Below are positions 19,747 to 31,498 of a stretch of 64,000 nucleotides of DNA, one piece after another. Position numbers and translations under genes: made by a program. The stretch lies in contig CALXQL010000008.1 in NCBI GenBank assembly GCA_944390685.1, forward strand, positions 15,676 to 79,675, given 5' to 3'. The notes below the pieces were generated by a model, which had not been told where the DNA came from, searched no databases, and was given only the letters and a program-made list of their open reading frames with translations. Each line of letters opens with the position of its first letter. Position 1 is the first letter of the stretch. This DNA is from an uncultured Alphaproteobacteria bacterium. GTDB lineage: Bacteria > Pseudomonadota > Alphaproteobacteria > Rs-D84 > CACZYB01.

Positions 19747-19771
19747 TAGTTATTATTTAAAGGTTATGTAT

Positions 19772-20680
19772 ATGGATAATTCTTCTAAAAATATGTTATC
19801 TAAATCCGTTAATTTTAATATTACCGGTGGGCTTCCCGCTTCTGTAAATGATGGCGGTATTGCTAATTATATCAATATGGTAAAGAATATACCTCATCTT
19901 ACACCAGAAGAAGAATTTGATTTAGCTGTAAAGGTTCAAGAAAATCATGATTTAAAGGCTGCGGAAAAACTGATTGAATCTAATCTATTTTTAGTGGTTG
20001 CTACTGCTTTTGAATATAAAGGTTATGGTCTTCCAATTTCTGACATTATTTCAGAGGGGAATATTGGTCTTATGAAAGCGGTTAAAAAGTATGATCCTAA
20101 AAAAGGATTCCGTCTTTCTACTTATGCTCTTTGGTGGATTAGGGCTACTATCAATGAGTTTATTCTTTCTTCTTGGAGTTTAGTAAAAATTGGAACCCAA
20201 AGCGCACAAAAAAAATTGTTTTTCAGTCTTAAAAAATTAAAGGCTAAACTTGGTATATATCATGATAATGAATTAACAAGTGATAAGGTTAAACAAATTG
20301 CTAAACATTTAGAAGTAGATGAAGATGATGTGGTGGAAATGAATAATCGTATGGTTAAGGATACATCTCTTAATAATCCTATCGCATCTTCTGATAATAA
20401 TGATGAAAGAATTTCTCAACTTGCTTCGCAAACTCCAAATAGTGAAGAAATTGTCGCAAATAATGAAGATAAAACTTTACGCATGAAATTATTATTTGAT
20501 GCCATGCAATCCCTTAATCCTAGGGAACAAATTGTCATTAAAAAAAGAAGGCTTGTTGATGAACCTGCCACTTTGGAAGATTTATCAATGGAACTTAATA
20601 TAAGTAAAGAAAGAGTTAGGCAAATTGAAAATAAAGCTATGGAAAAATTAACTAAATTCCTTACCAATCATAAAATTTAA
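19772..20680 (+). CDS. rpoH: RNA polymerase sigma-32 factor RpoH
   Basis: Sigma70 regions 2-4 with the RpoH box (WWIRATINEFIL plus QKKLFFSLKK). Start chosen at the ATG 8 nt after AAAGG; the alternative is 19766. The upstream part of the track ORF is promoter. Confidence 0.9.
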   Translation: MDNSSKNMLSKSVNFNITGGLPASVNDGGIANYINMVKNIPHLTPEEEFDLAVKVQENHDLKAAEKLIESNLFLVVATAFEYKGYGLPISDIISEGNIGLMKAVKKYDPKKGFRLSTYALWWIRATINEFILSSWSLVKIGTQSAQKKLFFSLKKLKAKLGIYHDNELTSDKVKQIAKHLEVDEDDVVEMNNRMVKDTSLNNPIASSDNNDERISQLASQTPNSEEIVANNEDKTLRMKLLFDAMQSLNPREQIVIKKRRLVDEPATLEDLSMELNISKERVRQIENKAMEKLTKFLTNHKI

Positions 20681-21588
20681 TTTTTCTTTATTTTTGATAA
20701 AGGGTGGTTTTCAATAACCGCTTTTTTTAATTTATCTTTCATTATATGTGTATATATTTGTGTGGTTGATATATCCGTATGACCAAGCATGGTTTGAACA
20801 GAACGTAGGTCTGCACCGCCTTCTAATAAATGAGATGCAAAACTATGTCTAAATACATGTGGAGATACTTGATTTATTATACCGCTTTTTAATGCTAAAT
20901 CTTTTAATTCCTTATAAAAAGCGAATCGGGTTAAATGTCCTTTATTACTTTTTGATGGAAATAAATATTTTGAATCTGTTTGTGTTTTATTTATAAAATT
21001 TTTCCTTATTTTTTCATAGCGTTCTTTTTTTTCAATAACTCTATGATTTATTGGTATCAATCTTTCCTTTGCCCCCTTACCCATTACTTGTATATATTCA
21101 TTTTTTATAAATGCTTTATATGGAAGAGATACCAATTCCGATACACGCAAACCTGTTGCATATAGCAATTCAACCAAAAAATCCAATCTTATACCTTTAT
21201 CCTTATTATTTTTATGGGCATAAGTAATTAGTTTTTCTATTTCATCTTGGCTTAAATATTTTGGAAGAGATTTTTGTTTTTTTGGTGTATGAATATTTGA
21301 TGCAGGGTTAGTGGTTATCAAATTTTCACTTAAACAAAATAGGTAAAAACCATTTATAGCGGTTAATTTTCTTGATTGTGTTTTGGCTGTGATATTATTT
21401 TCCCTTAAATATGATAAATAATATTTTATATCATCTTTTTTTACCAAAAGAAGATTTGTTTTTCCCAATTCCTTTTTTAGAAAAGTTTCAAAATGAACTA
21501 AATCACTACCATAGGCAAGTATTGTGTTTTTTGAACACCCCTTTTCCGCCCCAAGCATATCCAAAAATTCTTTTATTTCCTTTTGCAT
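20677..21588 (-). CDS. xerD: Tyrosine recombinase XerD (XerC not excluded)
   Basis: SAM-like N-terminal domain and catalytic residues within ATGLRVSEL, HVFRHSFASHLL and LGHTDISTTQIYTH. Confidence 0.85.
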   Translation of the reverse strand: MQKEIKEFLDMLGAEKGCSKNTILAYGSDLVHFETFLKKELGKTNLLLVKKDDIKYYLSYLRENNITAKTQSRKLTAINGFYLFCLSENLITTNPASNIHTPKKQKSLPKYLSQDEIEKLITYAHKNNKDKGIRLDFLVELLYATGLRVSELVSLPYKAFIKNEYIQVMGKGAKERLIPINHRVIEKKERYEKIRKNFINKTQTDSKYLFPSKSNKGHLTRFAFYKELKDLALKSGIINQVSPHVFRHSFASHLLEGGADLRSVQTMLGHTDISTTQIYTHIMKDKLKKAVIENHPLSKIKKN

Positions 21589-21652
21589 GTCTATAAGTAT
21601 AGCACTTTTTTTTTTAAAAGAAAGTTTTTCAACCTGTGGTTTGTAAAAATTA

Positions 21653-21681
21653 TTGCCTTTTTATTTTTTTACGAATATATT
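21653..21681 (+). promoter_or_regulatory. Candidate promoter TTGCCT-N17-TATATT driving the structured leader
   Basis: This -35/-10 pair places the TSS near 21688, the first base of a perfect 10-bp hairpin. Confidence 0.4.
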
Positions 21682-21686
21682 TTTTA

Positions 21687-21917
21687 TATCCTTAAACCTA
21701 TTTTAAGGATAAAGACATAAGTTAGTGAAGAGGGCTTAATCACCCAGATGACTAACACTTTTTAGTGTTTTGACTAACACTCACCCGACGTTTCATATTC
21801 GCCGGGAAGTCGCTATCATACAATAGGATAAGTTTCCTTATGGCTTATCTAAAAGTAGCGAGGTCAAAGTTATCTGACTGATTAACTTCCCGACTTCTTC
21901 TAATGGAAGTCTTTTTT
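21687..21917 (+). ncRNA. Candidate structured RNA or cis-regulatory leader of unknown class, ending in an intrinsic terminator upstream of a PAP2 gene
   Basis: GC-enriched island in an AT-rich gap. It has a 10-bp perfect hairpin (21687-21711), a long-range helix 21722-21753 with 21868-21903, alternative helices, and the terminator GACTTC-N8-GAAGTC plus T6 (21892-21917). See findings. Confidence 0.45.
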
Positions 21918-21946
21918 ATTAACTTAACAAACGAAAGGGAAGTATT

Positions 21947-22486
21947 ATGTCAAAAATCTTAATCAATTTGATAACTTGTTCTTCTATTTTATTTATGTAT
22001 AATAGTCCGTCTCAGGCTAAATCTATTCGTGAAATTGGTGATGCACTTAAACTGGTAGTGCCTGCTTATGCTTTGGGACTTACTATGGCTGAAGATGGTT
22101 ATGAGGGAGCAAGTCAATTTGCTCTATCTCTTATTTCTTCTCAACTTACAATTGAAGGACTTAAAAAAATAACAAAAAGAAAGCGTCCGGATTATGTGGA
22201 AGGTGATAAAAGAGATTCTTTCCCAAGTGGGCATAGTGGAAGTGCTTTTTCCGGTGCTACATTCATTCATAAAAGGTATGGTTTAAAACAAGCAATCATC
22301 CCTTATATTGGTGCTACATTTGTCGCATATTCTCGTGTGGAAAGTAATAGACATCATATAGAAGATGTTGTAGGAGGGGCTTTGGTATCCGCTTTTTATA
22401 CGTGGGTATTTGTTGATAAATTCCCTAACACTTCATTATCCGCTGATAGTGATGGGGTTGTATTAAAGTATAAAAAGGCTTTTTAA
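21947..22486 (+). CDS. PAP2-superfamily phosphatase (secreted or membrane-associated)
   Basis: Signal peptide and the three PAP2 motifs: KRKRPDY, PSGHS and SRVESNRHHIEDV. Confidence 0.85.
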   Translation: MSKILINLITCSSILFMYNSPSQAKSIREIGDALKLVVPAYALGLTMAEDGYEGASQFALSLISSQLTIEGLKKITKRKRPDYVEGDKRDSFPSGHSGSAFSGATFIHKRYGLKQAIIPYIGATFVAYSRVESNRHHIEDVVGGALVSAFYTWVFVDKFPNTSLSADSDGVVLKYKKAF

Positions 22487-22525
22487 TTTGAATTTACTTT
22501 TCTTTTATACTATAATCATTTAATT

Positions 22526-23062
22526 ATGGTTATAAAAGATAAAGTTTTTAGAAAGTGCGATCATCCCGATTGTCAAAAAGAGGGAGAGTATCGCGCACCT
22601 AAAAACAGAAATCTTGATGATTATTATTGGTTCTGTCTTCAACATGTAAGCGAGTATAATAAGTCTTGGGATTTTTATAAGGGTATGTCAATTGATGAAA
22701 TTGAAGCAGAAAATAAATTAGATATGACTTGGCATGAAAAAACTTGGAAATTTGGTGTGAACCTTGATAAACTTCATAAACAAGGAAATCTTGATGATCC
22801 TTTCCAAATTTATAATGATTATATGAAGGGGAATAATTCTTTTTTTAAAAAACATAATGATACTCCTAAATTATCAATAAAAGAAAAGGAGGCTTTAACC
22901 CTTTTTGGTCTATCTTATCCTTTTTCAAAAGAAGATTTGAAAAAAAAGTATAAGGTATTGGTTAAAAAACATCATCCTGATTTAAATGCTGGGTCAAAAG
23001 AAGCTGAGGAAAAATTTAAAATTATTTCCGCTTCTTATGCTATCTTAATTAAAAAGTGTTAA
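22526..23062 (+). CDS. J-domain protein with N-terminal Cys/His-rich region
   Basis: C-terminal J domain with HPD (YKVLVKKHHPDLN). The N-terminus has CDHPDC..FCLQH. Confidence 0.8.
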   Translation: MVIKDKVFRKCDHPDCQKEGEYRAPKNRNLDDYYWFCLQHVSEYNKSWDFYKGMSIDEIEAENKLDMTWHEKTWKFGVNLDKLHKQGNLDDPFQIYNDYMKGNNSFFKKHNDTPKLSIKEKEALTLFGLSYPFSKEDLKKKYKVLVKKHHPDLNAGSKEAEEKFKIISASYAILIKKC

Positions 23063-23068
23063 AAAAAT

Positions 23069-23090
23069 CCCCCTTTTAAAGGGGGTGTTT

Positions 23091-23092
<2 letters not shown>
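23069..23092. terminator. Bidirectional intrinsic terminator (J-protein gene and gyrB)
   Basis: Hairpin CCCCC-TTTTAAA-GGGGG flanked by an A-run and a T-rich tail. Confidence 0.7.
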
Positions 23093-25712
<2,620 letters not shown>

Positions 25713-25870
25713 TTAAAAAAGCAAGGTTTTTCCTTATATTTTTTATATTAAAGGATTTATATTTTACAAAAAATTTATGGGGATTTTTATAAATATTTCT
25801 ATTTCGCGTTTAAATCAATTTTAAAAGGGGTTTTATATTTTTATTGTGGACAAAAACCCCTTTTTAATAA

Positions 25871-26242
25871 TTATTCTTTACAAGAACAGCCCATTTCATC
25901 ACACATTGAGCCTTCACTTGAATATTCATTATTTTTTATTTTTTCTTCTATTTTTGCCATCTTTGTTTTAAAGGCTTCTTCTATATTTATATTCATTGTT
26001 TTTGCTAACATTAATGCATATATAACTACATCTGCAAATTCTCCATCAAGTTTACTTGGGTGTTCAAGACGTTTTCTGCTTGCAAAACCAAAAGAACGTG
26101 CTACTTCTCTTGCGTATTCACCCACTTCTTCGGTTAATTTTACCATTAAAACAAATGCTTTTGTTTGATTATCTAATTTTTCATGGGTTTTATTCCAATG
26201 TTGTGAAAAATTATCTATAAAGTTTTGTAGTTCTTTATCCAT
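25871..26242 (-). CDS. MazG-like all-alpha nucleotide pyrophosphohydrolase with a Cys-rich tail
   Basis: ExxE (LTEEVGEY) and ExxD (GEFADVVIY) metal-binding motifs. C-terminal tail MCDEMGCSCKE. Confidence 0.7.
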   Translation of the reverse strand: MDKELQNFIDNFSQHWNKTHEKLDNQTKAFVLMVKLTEEVGEYAREVARSFGFASRKRLEHPSKLDGEFADVVIYALMLAKTMNINIEEAFKTKMAKIEEKIKNNEYSSEGSMCDEMGCSCKE

Positions 26243-26324
26243 TTTTACCTCCTTTTTTTATTTCTACATATTAAATTATAGTATAAAAATAGGGTAAAAA
26301 CTATGAGTCTATATTCAAAAGAAT

Positions 26325-26960
26325 TTAATCCTTTTTTACTTTACAAAACTTCTTTATATAACAATTTTCACAATGAGGATTTTGTGCTTTACATTCATAT
26401 CTACCATATAATACTAAATAATTTGATATATATGGTTTATAATAATCTGGTATTATTTTATCAAGGTAATATTCAACTTTTTCCGGTGTTTTTGCATCAT
26501 TTGGAACTAAATCTAATCTATGAACCAATCTTAAAACATGGGTATCTACACCTATTGTTGGGGTACCATATAATTCATTTAATATGACATTGGCTGATTT
26601 TCTTCCTATACCTGCAAGTTGTTGTAATTCATCCCTTGTTTTTGGAAGGATGCCATCAAATTTATCAATTAAAGTTTGGGACATTTCCATTACATGTTTT
26701 GCTTTACTATTATATAATCCTATAATTTTTATATAGTCTTTTAAGCCTTTTTCTCCTAAATCAAGCATAGATTGTGGATTATCAATTATTTCAAATAAAT
26801 CTTTTGTCGCTTTATTCACTATTTTATCTGTTGATTGTGCAGATAATAAAACTGCAACAGCAAATTGATATGGATTTTTGTAATTAAGTTCAGATTTTTT
26901 TGCACCAATGTTTTTTTCAAATAAACTTAATAATTCTTTTAAATTTTTATTTGTTATCAT
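26325..26960 (-). CDS. nth: Endonuclease III
   Basis: HhH-GPD motif (LQQLAGIGRKSANV) and a C-terminal 4Fe-4S cluster (CKAQNPHCENCYIKKFC). Confidence 0.95.
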   Translation of the reverse strand: MITNKNLKELLSLFEKNIGAKKSELNYKNPYQFAVAVLLSAQSTDKIVNKATKDLFEIIDNPQSMLDLGEKGLKDYIKIIGLYNSKAKHVMEMSQTLIDKFDGILPKTRDELQQLAGIGRKSANVILNELYGTPTIGVDTHVLRLVHRLDLVPNDAKTPEKVEYYLDKIIPDYYKPYISNYLVLYGRYECKAQNPHCENCYIKKFCKVKKD

Positions 26961-28706
26961 TTAAATTAAATCCTCTATTTGTTTATTGATTGCTTCTATT
27001 TCATTATTTATTTCTTTTAATCTTTGAGTTAAAAATTCAACCTCATTTTCCGGTGCTTTTAATATATTTTTAGTCAATTCCAATTTTTCAAGTTGAAGAT
27101 TTTCTCTATGCAGATTTAAGATTTTTTCCCTTATTATATTTTCTGCAGTATCTGGTTTTTTTATTAGTGCATCTATTTCAAATTTAAGCAATAATGATGG
27201 ATTGAAATTTTTATCTTCTAAATATTTCATCAATGTTTCACGAGTATGAGGATTTACACTTATTTCATTTATCACTATATCATAAATTTTTTTATAAACT
27301 TTATTATTAAGTGTTATGGTTTTACCTTCTTCTAAAAACTTTAAAAATAAGTTTGGGTAGGTTATGGCAAATGCCAATATCATCTTTTCATTTGCATTTT
27401 CCGGATTTGCCTTTGGCTTTGTGATTTTTTTCATAGGTTTTGTTGTTTTTATTTCCGACATACGTTTTTTGAAATCTTCAATATAAAACTTTTTAACACT
27501 TTCATTTTTAATTCGTGATAATTCCTTATATATACTTTCTTCTAACCCAGATTTTTGTTCGGGTGTTTGGATAGTCTTTCCATTTGTAAAATATAACCAT
27601 AAAATATCAGATAAACTTATACTTTTTGTTTTTAACATTTCTTCAAATTTATCATGGCCAAAAGTATGCAAAAATTCATCGGGATCCTTTGCTCCTTCTA
27701 TTAAGCAAAATTTTAACGATTTTCCCGGTTTTAATATTGGAAGAACTCTTAATGCTGCTCTTATACCGGCCTTTCTACCAGCTGTATCAGAATCAAAACA
27801 TAAAATAGGTTCGTTTGCCAATTTCCATAATAATTCTATTTGCATTTCTGTTATTGCTGTTCCAAGTGGAGCTACTGCAGTTTTAAAACCAAATTTATGT
27901 AGTGATATTGTATCCATATATCCTTCTGTTGCAATCACTTGATTATTTTCAATTGCATCAATTCTTGCTTGCGCAAGTCCGTATAAATTTCTTCCCTTTG
28001 AAAAAATTAAACTTTCCGGTGAATTTAAATATTTTGGAAGGGAATCGTCTAAAACTCTACCCCCAAAAGCAATTATTCTACCCTTTGAATCTGTAATAGG
28101 GAAAAGAACTCTATTCCTAAAATAATCGTATGGCGTATTGGTTTTTTCACTTATTCTTGCAAGTCCAGCCTTTAATATTAAATCCAGCGGAATGTGTTTA
28201 TTTTCCAAATATTTTAATAATTTATTTCCAGATGGTGCATAACATAAATGAAAATTTGATATTATATTATCACTTAACCCTCTTTTCCTAAAATAATCTA
28301 AACCTGCTTTTCCTTCATCTGTATATAAACATTCTTTATAAAAATCACAAGCGAGTTTTAATACCTCATATAAATCATGGGATTGTTTATCTTTTTGTCT
28401 TTGTTCCTTTGTTGATTTTGGAATTTCTATACCATAATCTTGGCAAATTTTTTCTATTGCCTCAATAAATGATAAATGTTGATATTGCATTGTAAATGTT
28501 ATTATGTCTCCATGTGCTCCACAGCCAAAACAATGATAAAAACTTTTATCTTCAACTACCGAAAATGATGCGGTTTTTTCACTATGAAATGGACAAACAC
28601 CCCAATTTTCCTTTCCCTTTTTTGTAAGGGGAATATATTTTGATATTAAATCAACTATTGATACTCTATCACGAAGATTTTCTATAAATGTCTTATCTAT
28701 ATTCAT
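26961..28706 (-). CDS. dnaG: DNA primase
   Basis: Zinc finger (CPFHSEKTASFSV..YHCFGCGAHGD), a TOPRIM domain (EGYMD) and a helical C-terminal domain. Confidence 0.95.
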   Translation of the reverse strand: MNIDKTFIENLRDRVSIVDLISKYIPLTKKGKENWGVCPFHSEKTASFSVVEDKSFYHCFGCGAHGDIITFTMQYQHLSFIEAIEKICQDYGIEIPKSTKEQRQKDKQSHDLYEVLKLACDFYKECLYTDEGKAGLDYFRKRGLSDNIISNFHLCYAPSGNKLLKYLENKHIPLDLILKAGLARISEKTNTPYDYFRNRVLFPITDSKGRIIAFGGRVLDDSLPKYLNSPESLIFSKGRNLYGLAQARIDAIENNQVIATEGYMDTISLHKFGFKTAVAPLGTAITEMQIELLWKLANEPILCFDSDTAGRKAGIRAALRVLPILKPGKSLKFCLIEGAKDPDEFLHTFGHDKFEEMLKTKSISLSDILWLYFTNGKTIQTPEQKSGLEESIYKELSRIKNESVKKFYIEDFKKRMSEIKTTKPMKKITKPKANPENANEKMILAFAITYPNLFLKFLEEGKTITLNNKVYKKIYDIVINEISVNPHTRETLMKYLEDKNFNPSLLLKFEIDALIKKPDTAENIIREKILNLHRENLQLEKLELTKNILKAPENEVEFLTQRLKEINNEIEAINKQIEDLI

Positions 28707-28833
28707 TAATGTTTCCTCATCCTATATATTAAGAATTTTTTTTTATTTTTCAATATTTTGTTATTTATTATTTTTATTGCTTTTACTTTTTTAAAGTTTA
28801 TAATTACTCCATATTAAATTTATGAGGTATGAA

Positions 28834-30762
28834 ATGATTAAAATTACTCTTCCCGATGGAAATATTAAAGAATTTGAAAATCCAGTTTCCGGTTTAGAAA
28901 TTGCAAATGCTATATCAACAAGTCTTGCTAAATCCGCTTTGTTTTTAAAAGTAGATGGTGAATATTATGATTTAAATTCAACAATTTCTGTTGATAGCAA
29001 TGTGAAAATATTAACTATAAAAGATGAAGAAGTGCTTCCTCTTATACGTCATTCTTGTGCTCATATAATGGCTCAAGCTATTAAACAAATTTATCCAGAT
29101 GCAAAGTTGGCTATTGGTCCTTCTATTGAAAATGGATTTTATTATGATATTGATCTTGATCATCGTATCACAGAAGAAGATTTCCCAAAAATTGAAAAAA
29201 AGATGGTAGAAATCATAAATCATAATTTTAAAATTGAAAGAAAAGAACTTTCCACAAGTGATGCTAAAAAATTCTTCCTTCAATTAAATGAATCTTATAA
29301 AGTTGAATTAATTGATGATTTGGAAAAAAATAATATAAATTCTGTATCCATTTATTCTCAAGGAGAATTTAGCGATCTTTGCCGTGGACCTCACCTTCCT
29401 TCTACTTCAAAAATGCCTGTAGATGCATTCAAAATTACTTCTATTGCTGGCGCTTATTGGAGAGGAGATTCAAAAAATAAAATGCTTCAAAGAGTCTATA
29501 CAACTGCTTGGCTAAATAAAGATGATTTAAAAGCTTATTTAATTCAAAAAGAAGAAGCTGAAAAAAGAGATCATAGAAAAATAGGTGTGGCAATGGATTT
29601 ATTCCATTTTGAACCTGATTATGCTCCTGGTGCTGTATTTTGGCATCCAAAAGGTTGGGCTTTGTTCCAAAAACTTATTTCTTATATGAGAGATACTCAA
29701 AACAATAATGGATATATAGAAGTATCAACTCCTACTATTATGAATAGATGTCTTTGGGAAACTTCCGGACATTGGGATAAATATAAACATAATATGTATA
29801 CCGCTTCCGTTCAAGATGAAGATACTGAATTCGCTGTAAAACCTATGAATTGTCCTGGTGGTGTATTGATTTATAAACAAGGCATTAAAAGTTATAGAGA
29901 TCTTCCTATTCGTATGGCTGAATTTGGTAAAGTTAATAGATATGAACCTAGTGGTGCTCTTCATGGAATACTTCGCGTGCGTGAATTTACTCAAGATGAT
30001 GCTCATATCTTTTGCACAACTGAACAAATGGAAGATGAATGCATCAAAGTTATAAAACTTATTATGAATATTTATAAGGATTTTGGATTTGATAATGTTC
30101 GCATTAAACTTTCTACCCGTCCAGAAAAACGAATCGGTGATGATAAAGTGTGGGATATGCTTGAAAATACTCTTGCTACTGCTCTTGAACATCATGGATA
30201 TCAATATACCATTTTCCCAGGAGAAGGTGCTTTCTATGGCCCTAAATTAGAATTTGTCCTTCGTGATGCTATTGGTAGAGATTGGCAATGTGGAACTTTA
30301 CAAGTAGATATGAATCTACCTGAACGTTTTGATATAAATTATATAGGTCAAGATGGCGAAAAACATAGACCTGTTATGCTTCATAGAGCTTTGTTTGGTT
30401 CTCTTGAAAGATTTACGGGTATATTAATTGAAAATTTTGCTGGGCATTTGCCTCTTTGGTTATCTCCTGTGCAAATTGCTGTTTGTAGTGTTGCGGAAAG
30501 TGCCGCATCTTATGCAAGCGAAATTTATGACTTATTAAAACAAAATGGTATTTTATCAATACTTGATATTTCTGAGGAAAAAATAAGTTATAAAATACGT
30601 AATTACTCTTCATCAAAAACTCCTATCATCGCTGTTATTGGTGAAAAGGAAAGAGATAATCAATCTATCACAATTCGTCGCATAGGTAGTGATAAGTCTT
30701 TTACCTACCCTATTGATGAATTTATTGATTTAATTAAAAAAGAAATTAGTGATAAAAAGTAA
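28834..30762 (+). CDS. thrS: Threonine--tRNA ligase
   Basis: TGS domain (MIKITLPDG), the editing-domain motif (HSCAHIM), a class II core and an anticodon-binding domain. Start set at the ATG 6 nt after GAGG; the track ORF begins at 28822. Confidence 0.95.
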   Translation: MIKITLPDGNIKEFENPVSGLEIANAISTSLAKSALFLKVDGEYYDLNSTISVDSNVKILTIKDEEVLPLIRHSCAHIMAQAIKQIYPDAKLAIGPSIENGFYYDIDLDHRITEEDFPKIEKKMVEIINHNFKIERKELSTSDAKKFFLQLNESYKVELIDDLEKNNINSVSIYSQGEFSDLCRGPHLPSTSKMPVDAFKITSIAGAYWRGDSKNKMLQRVYTTAWLNKDDLKAYLIQKEEAEKRDHRKIGVAMDLFHFEPDYAPGAVFWHPKGWALFQKLISYMRDTQNNNGYIEVSTPTIMNRCLWETSGHWDKYKHNMYTASVQDEDTEFAVKPMNCPGGVLIYKQGIKSYRDLPIRMAEFGKVNRYEPSGALHGILRVREFTQDDAHIFCTTEQMEDECIKVIKLIMNIYKDFGFDNVRIKLSTRPEKRIGDDKVWDMLENTLATALEHHGYQYTIFPGEGAFYGPKLEFVLRDAIGRDWQCGTLQVDMNLPERFDINYIGQDGEKHRPVMLHRALFGSLERFTGILIENFAGHLPLWLSPVQIAVCSVAESAASYASEIYDLLKQNGILSILDISEEKISYKIRNYSSSKTPIIAVIGEKERDNQSITIRRIGSDKSFTYPIDEFIDLIKKEISDKK

Positions 30763-30766
30763 ATAT

Positions 30767-30791
30767 TCCCACTTTTAAAGTGGGATTTTTT
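30767..30791 (+). terminator. Intrinsic terminator after thrS
   Basis: Hairpin TCCCACTT-TTA-AAGTGGGA followed by T6. Confidence 0.75.
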
Positions 30792-30879
30792 ATTTCAAAA
30801 TAAAAACTTGCCTTTTTTGTTAAAATATGGAATAATTATCTTTGTTGAAAGACAAATAAATAAATGAAAGGATATACCT

Positions 30880-31374
30880 ATGAAAAAACTTTTAAATTAT
30901 ATTGCTATTGCTGGACTTGCTCTTTCTGTATCTGCTTGTTCTTCTAACGAAGCTCCTGAAACAGATATGGATACAACTGAAGTTTCTCTTTCTGCTGAAA
31001 TCGCTGGTATTGAACCTGGAACTCAAGCTGATTTAGAAGCTCGCGCTGGTAATATTGTTTACTTTGGTTATGATAATCATGGTTTAACACCTGATGCAAC
31101 AAAAACTCTTAAAAGACAAGCTGCATGGTTAAAAATGTATCCAAATGTAAATATCGTAATTGAAGGTAATTGCGATGAAAGAGGAACAAGAAAATATAAC
31201 CAAGCTCTTGGCGAAAAACGTGCTAATGCTGCAAAAAGATATTTAATCGCTCAAGGTGTTCCTGCTAAACGTATTACAACTGTTTCTTATGGTAAAGATA
31301 GACCAGCAGTTCTTGGTAATACAGAAGAAGCTTATGCTAAAAATCGTCGCGATGTAACTATCGTTGCTGAATAA
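30880..31374 (+). CDS. pal: Peptidoglycan-associated lipoprotein Pal (OmpA family)
   Basis: Lipobox LSVSAC and an OmpA-like domain (VYFGYDNHGL..EGNCDERGTRKYNQALGEKRA). Confidence 0.9.
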   Translation: MKKLLNYIAIAGLALSVSACSSNEAPETDMDTTEVSLSAEIAGIEPGTQADLEARAGNIVYFGYDNHGLTPDATKTLKRQAAWLKMYPNVNIVIEGNCDERGTRKYNQALGEKRANAAKRYLIAQGVPAKRITTVSYGKDRPAVLGNTEEAYAKNRRDVTIVAE

Positions 31375-31401
31375 TTTAGTAATTATTCATTCTTTTTAAA
31401 A

Positions 31402-31426
31402 AGACTTCCTTAGGGGAGTCTTTTTT
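31402..31426 (+). terminator. Intrinsic terminator after pal
   Basis: Hairpin AGACTTCC-TTAG-GGGAGTCT followed by a T-run. Confidence 0.7.
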
Positions 31427-31498
31427 CTTCTTTTTTATTTACTTTGTCGTTTTATTATGTTAAATTTTATTTACTTAATTTATGAAAAGGAATCTATT

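Noticed and set aside
19718-19771. First 18 codons of the track rpoH ORF (TTG start)
   Set aside because: The segment is itself a near-consensus TTGACT-N17-TAATAT promoter. Conserved RpoH sequence starts after the ATG at 19772, which has an AAAGG RBS.
21687-21917. Whether the structured RNA upstream of the PAP2 gene is tmRNA (including the permuted alphaproteobacterial form), SRP/4.5S RNA, RNase P RNA or a tRNA pseudogene
   Set aside because: There is no T-arm GGTTCGAATCC-type sequence and no CCA-ending acceptor piece. No tag ORF ends in a hydrophobic ..AA motif. The SRP domain IV GGAA/AGCAGC motif and the RNase P P4 GAGGAAAGTCC motif are both absent. 6S RNA could not be excluded by eye, so the element is kept as an unknown-class candidate.
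25840-25860. DnaA-box-like TTGTCCACA (minus strand) upstream of gyrB as a possible origin element
   Set aside because: It is a single copy with one mismatch, located in the loop of the terminator hairpin of the MazG-like gene. No clustering is seen, and dnaA is not present nearby.
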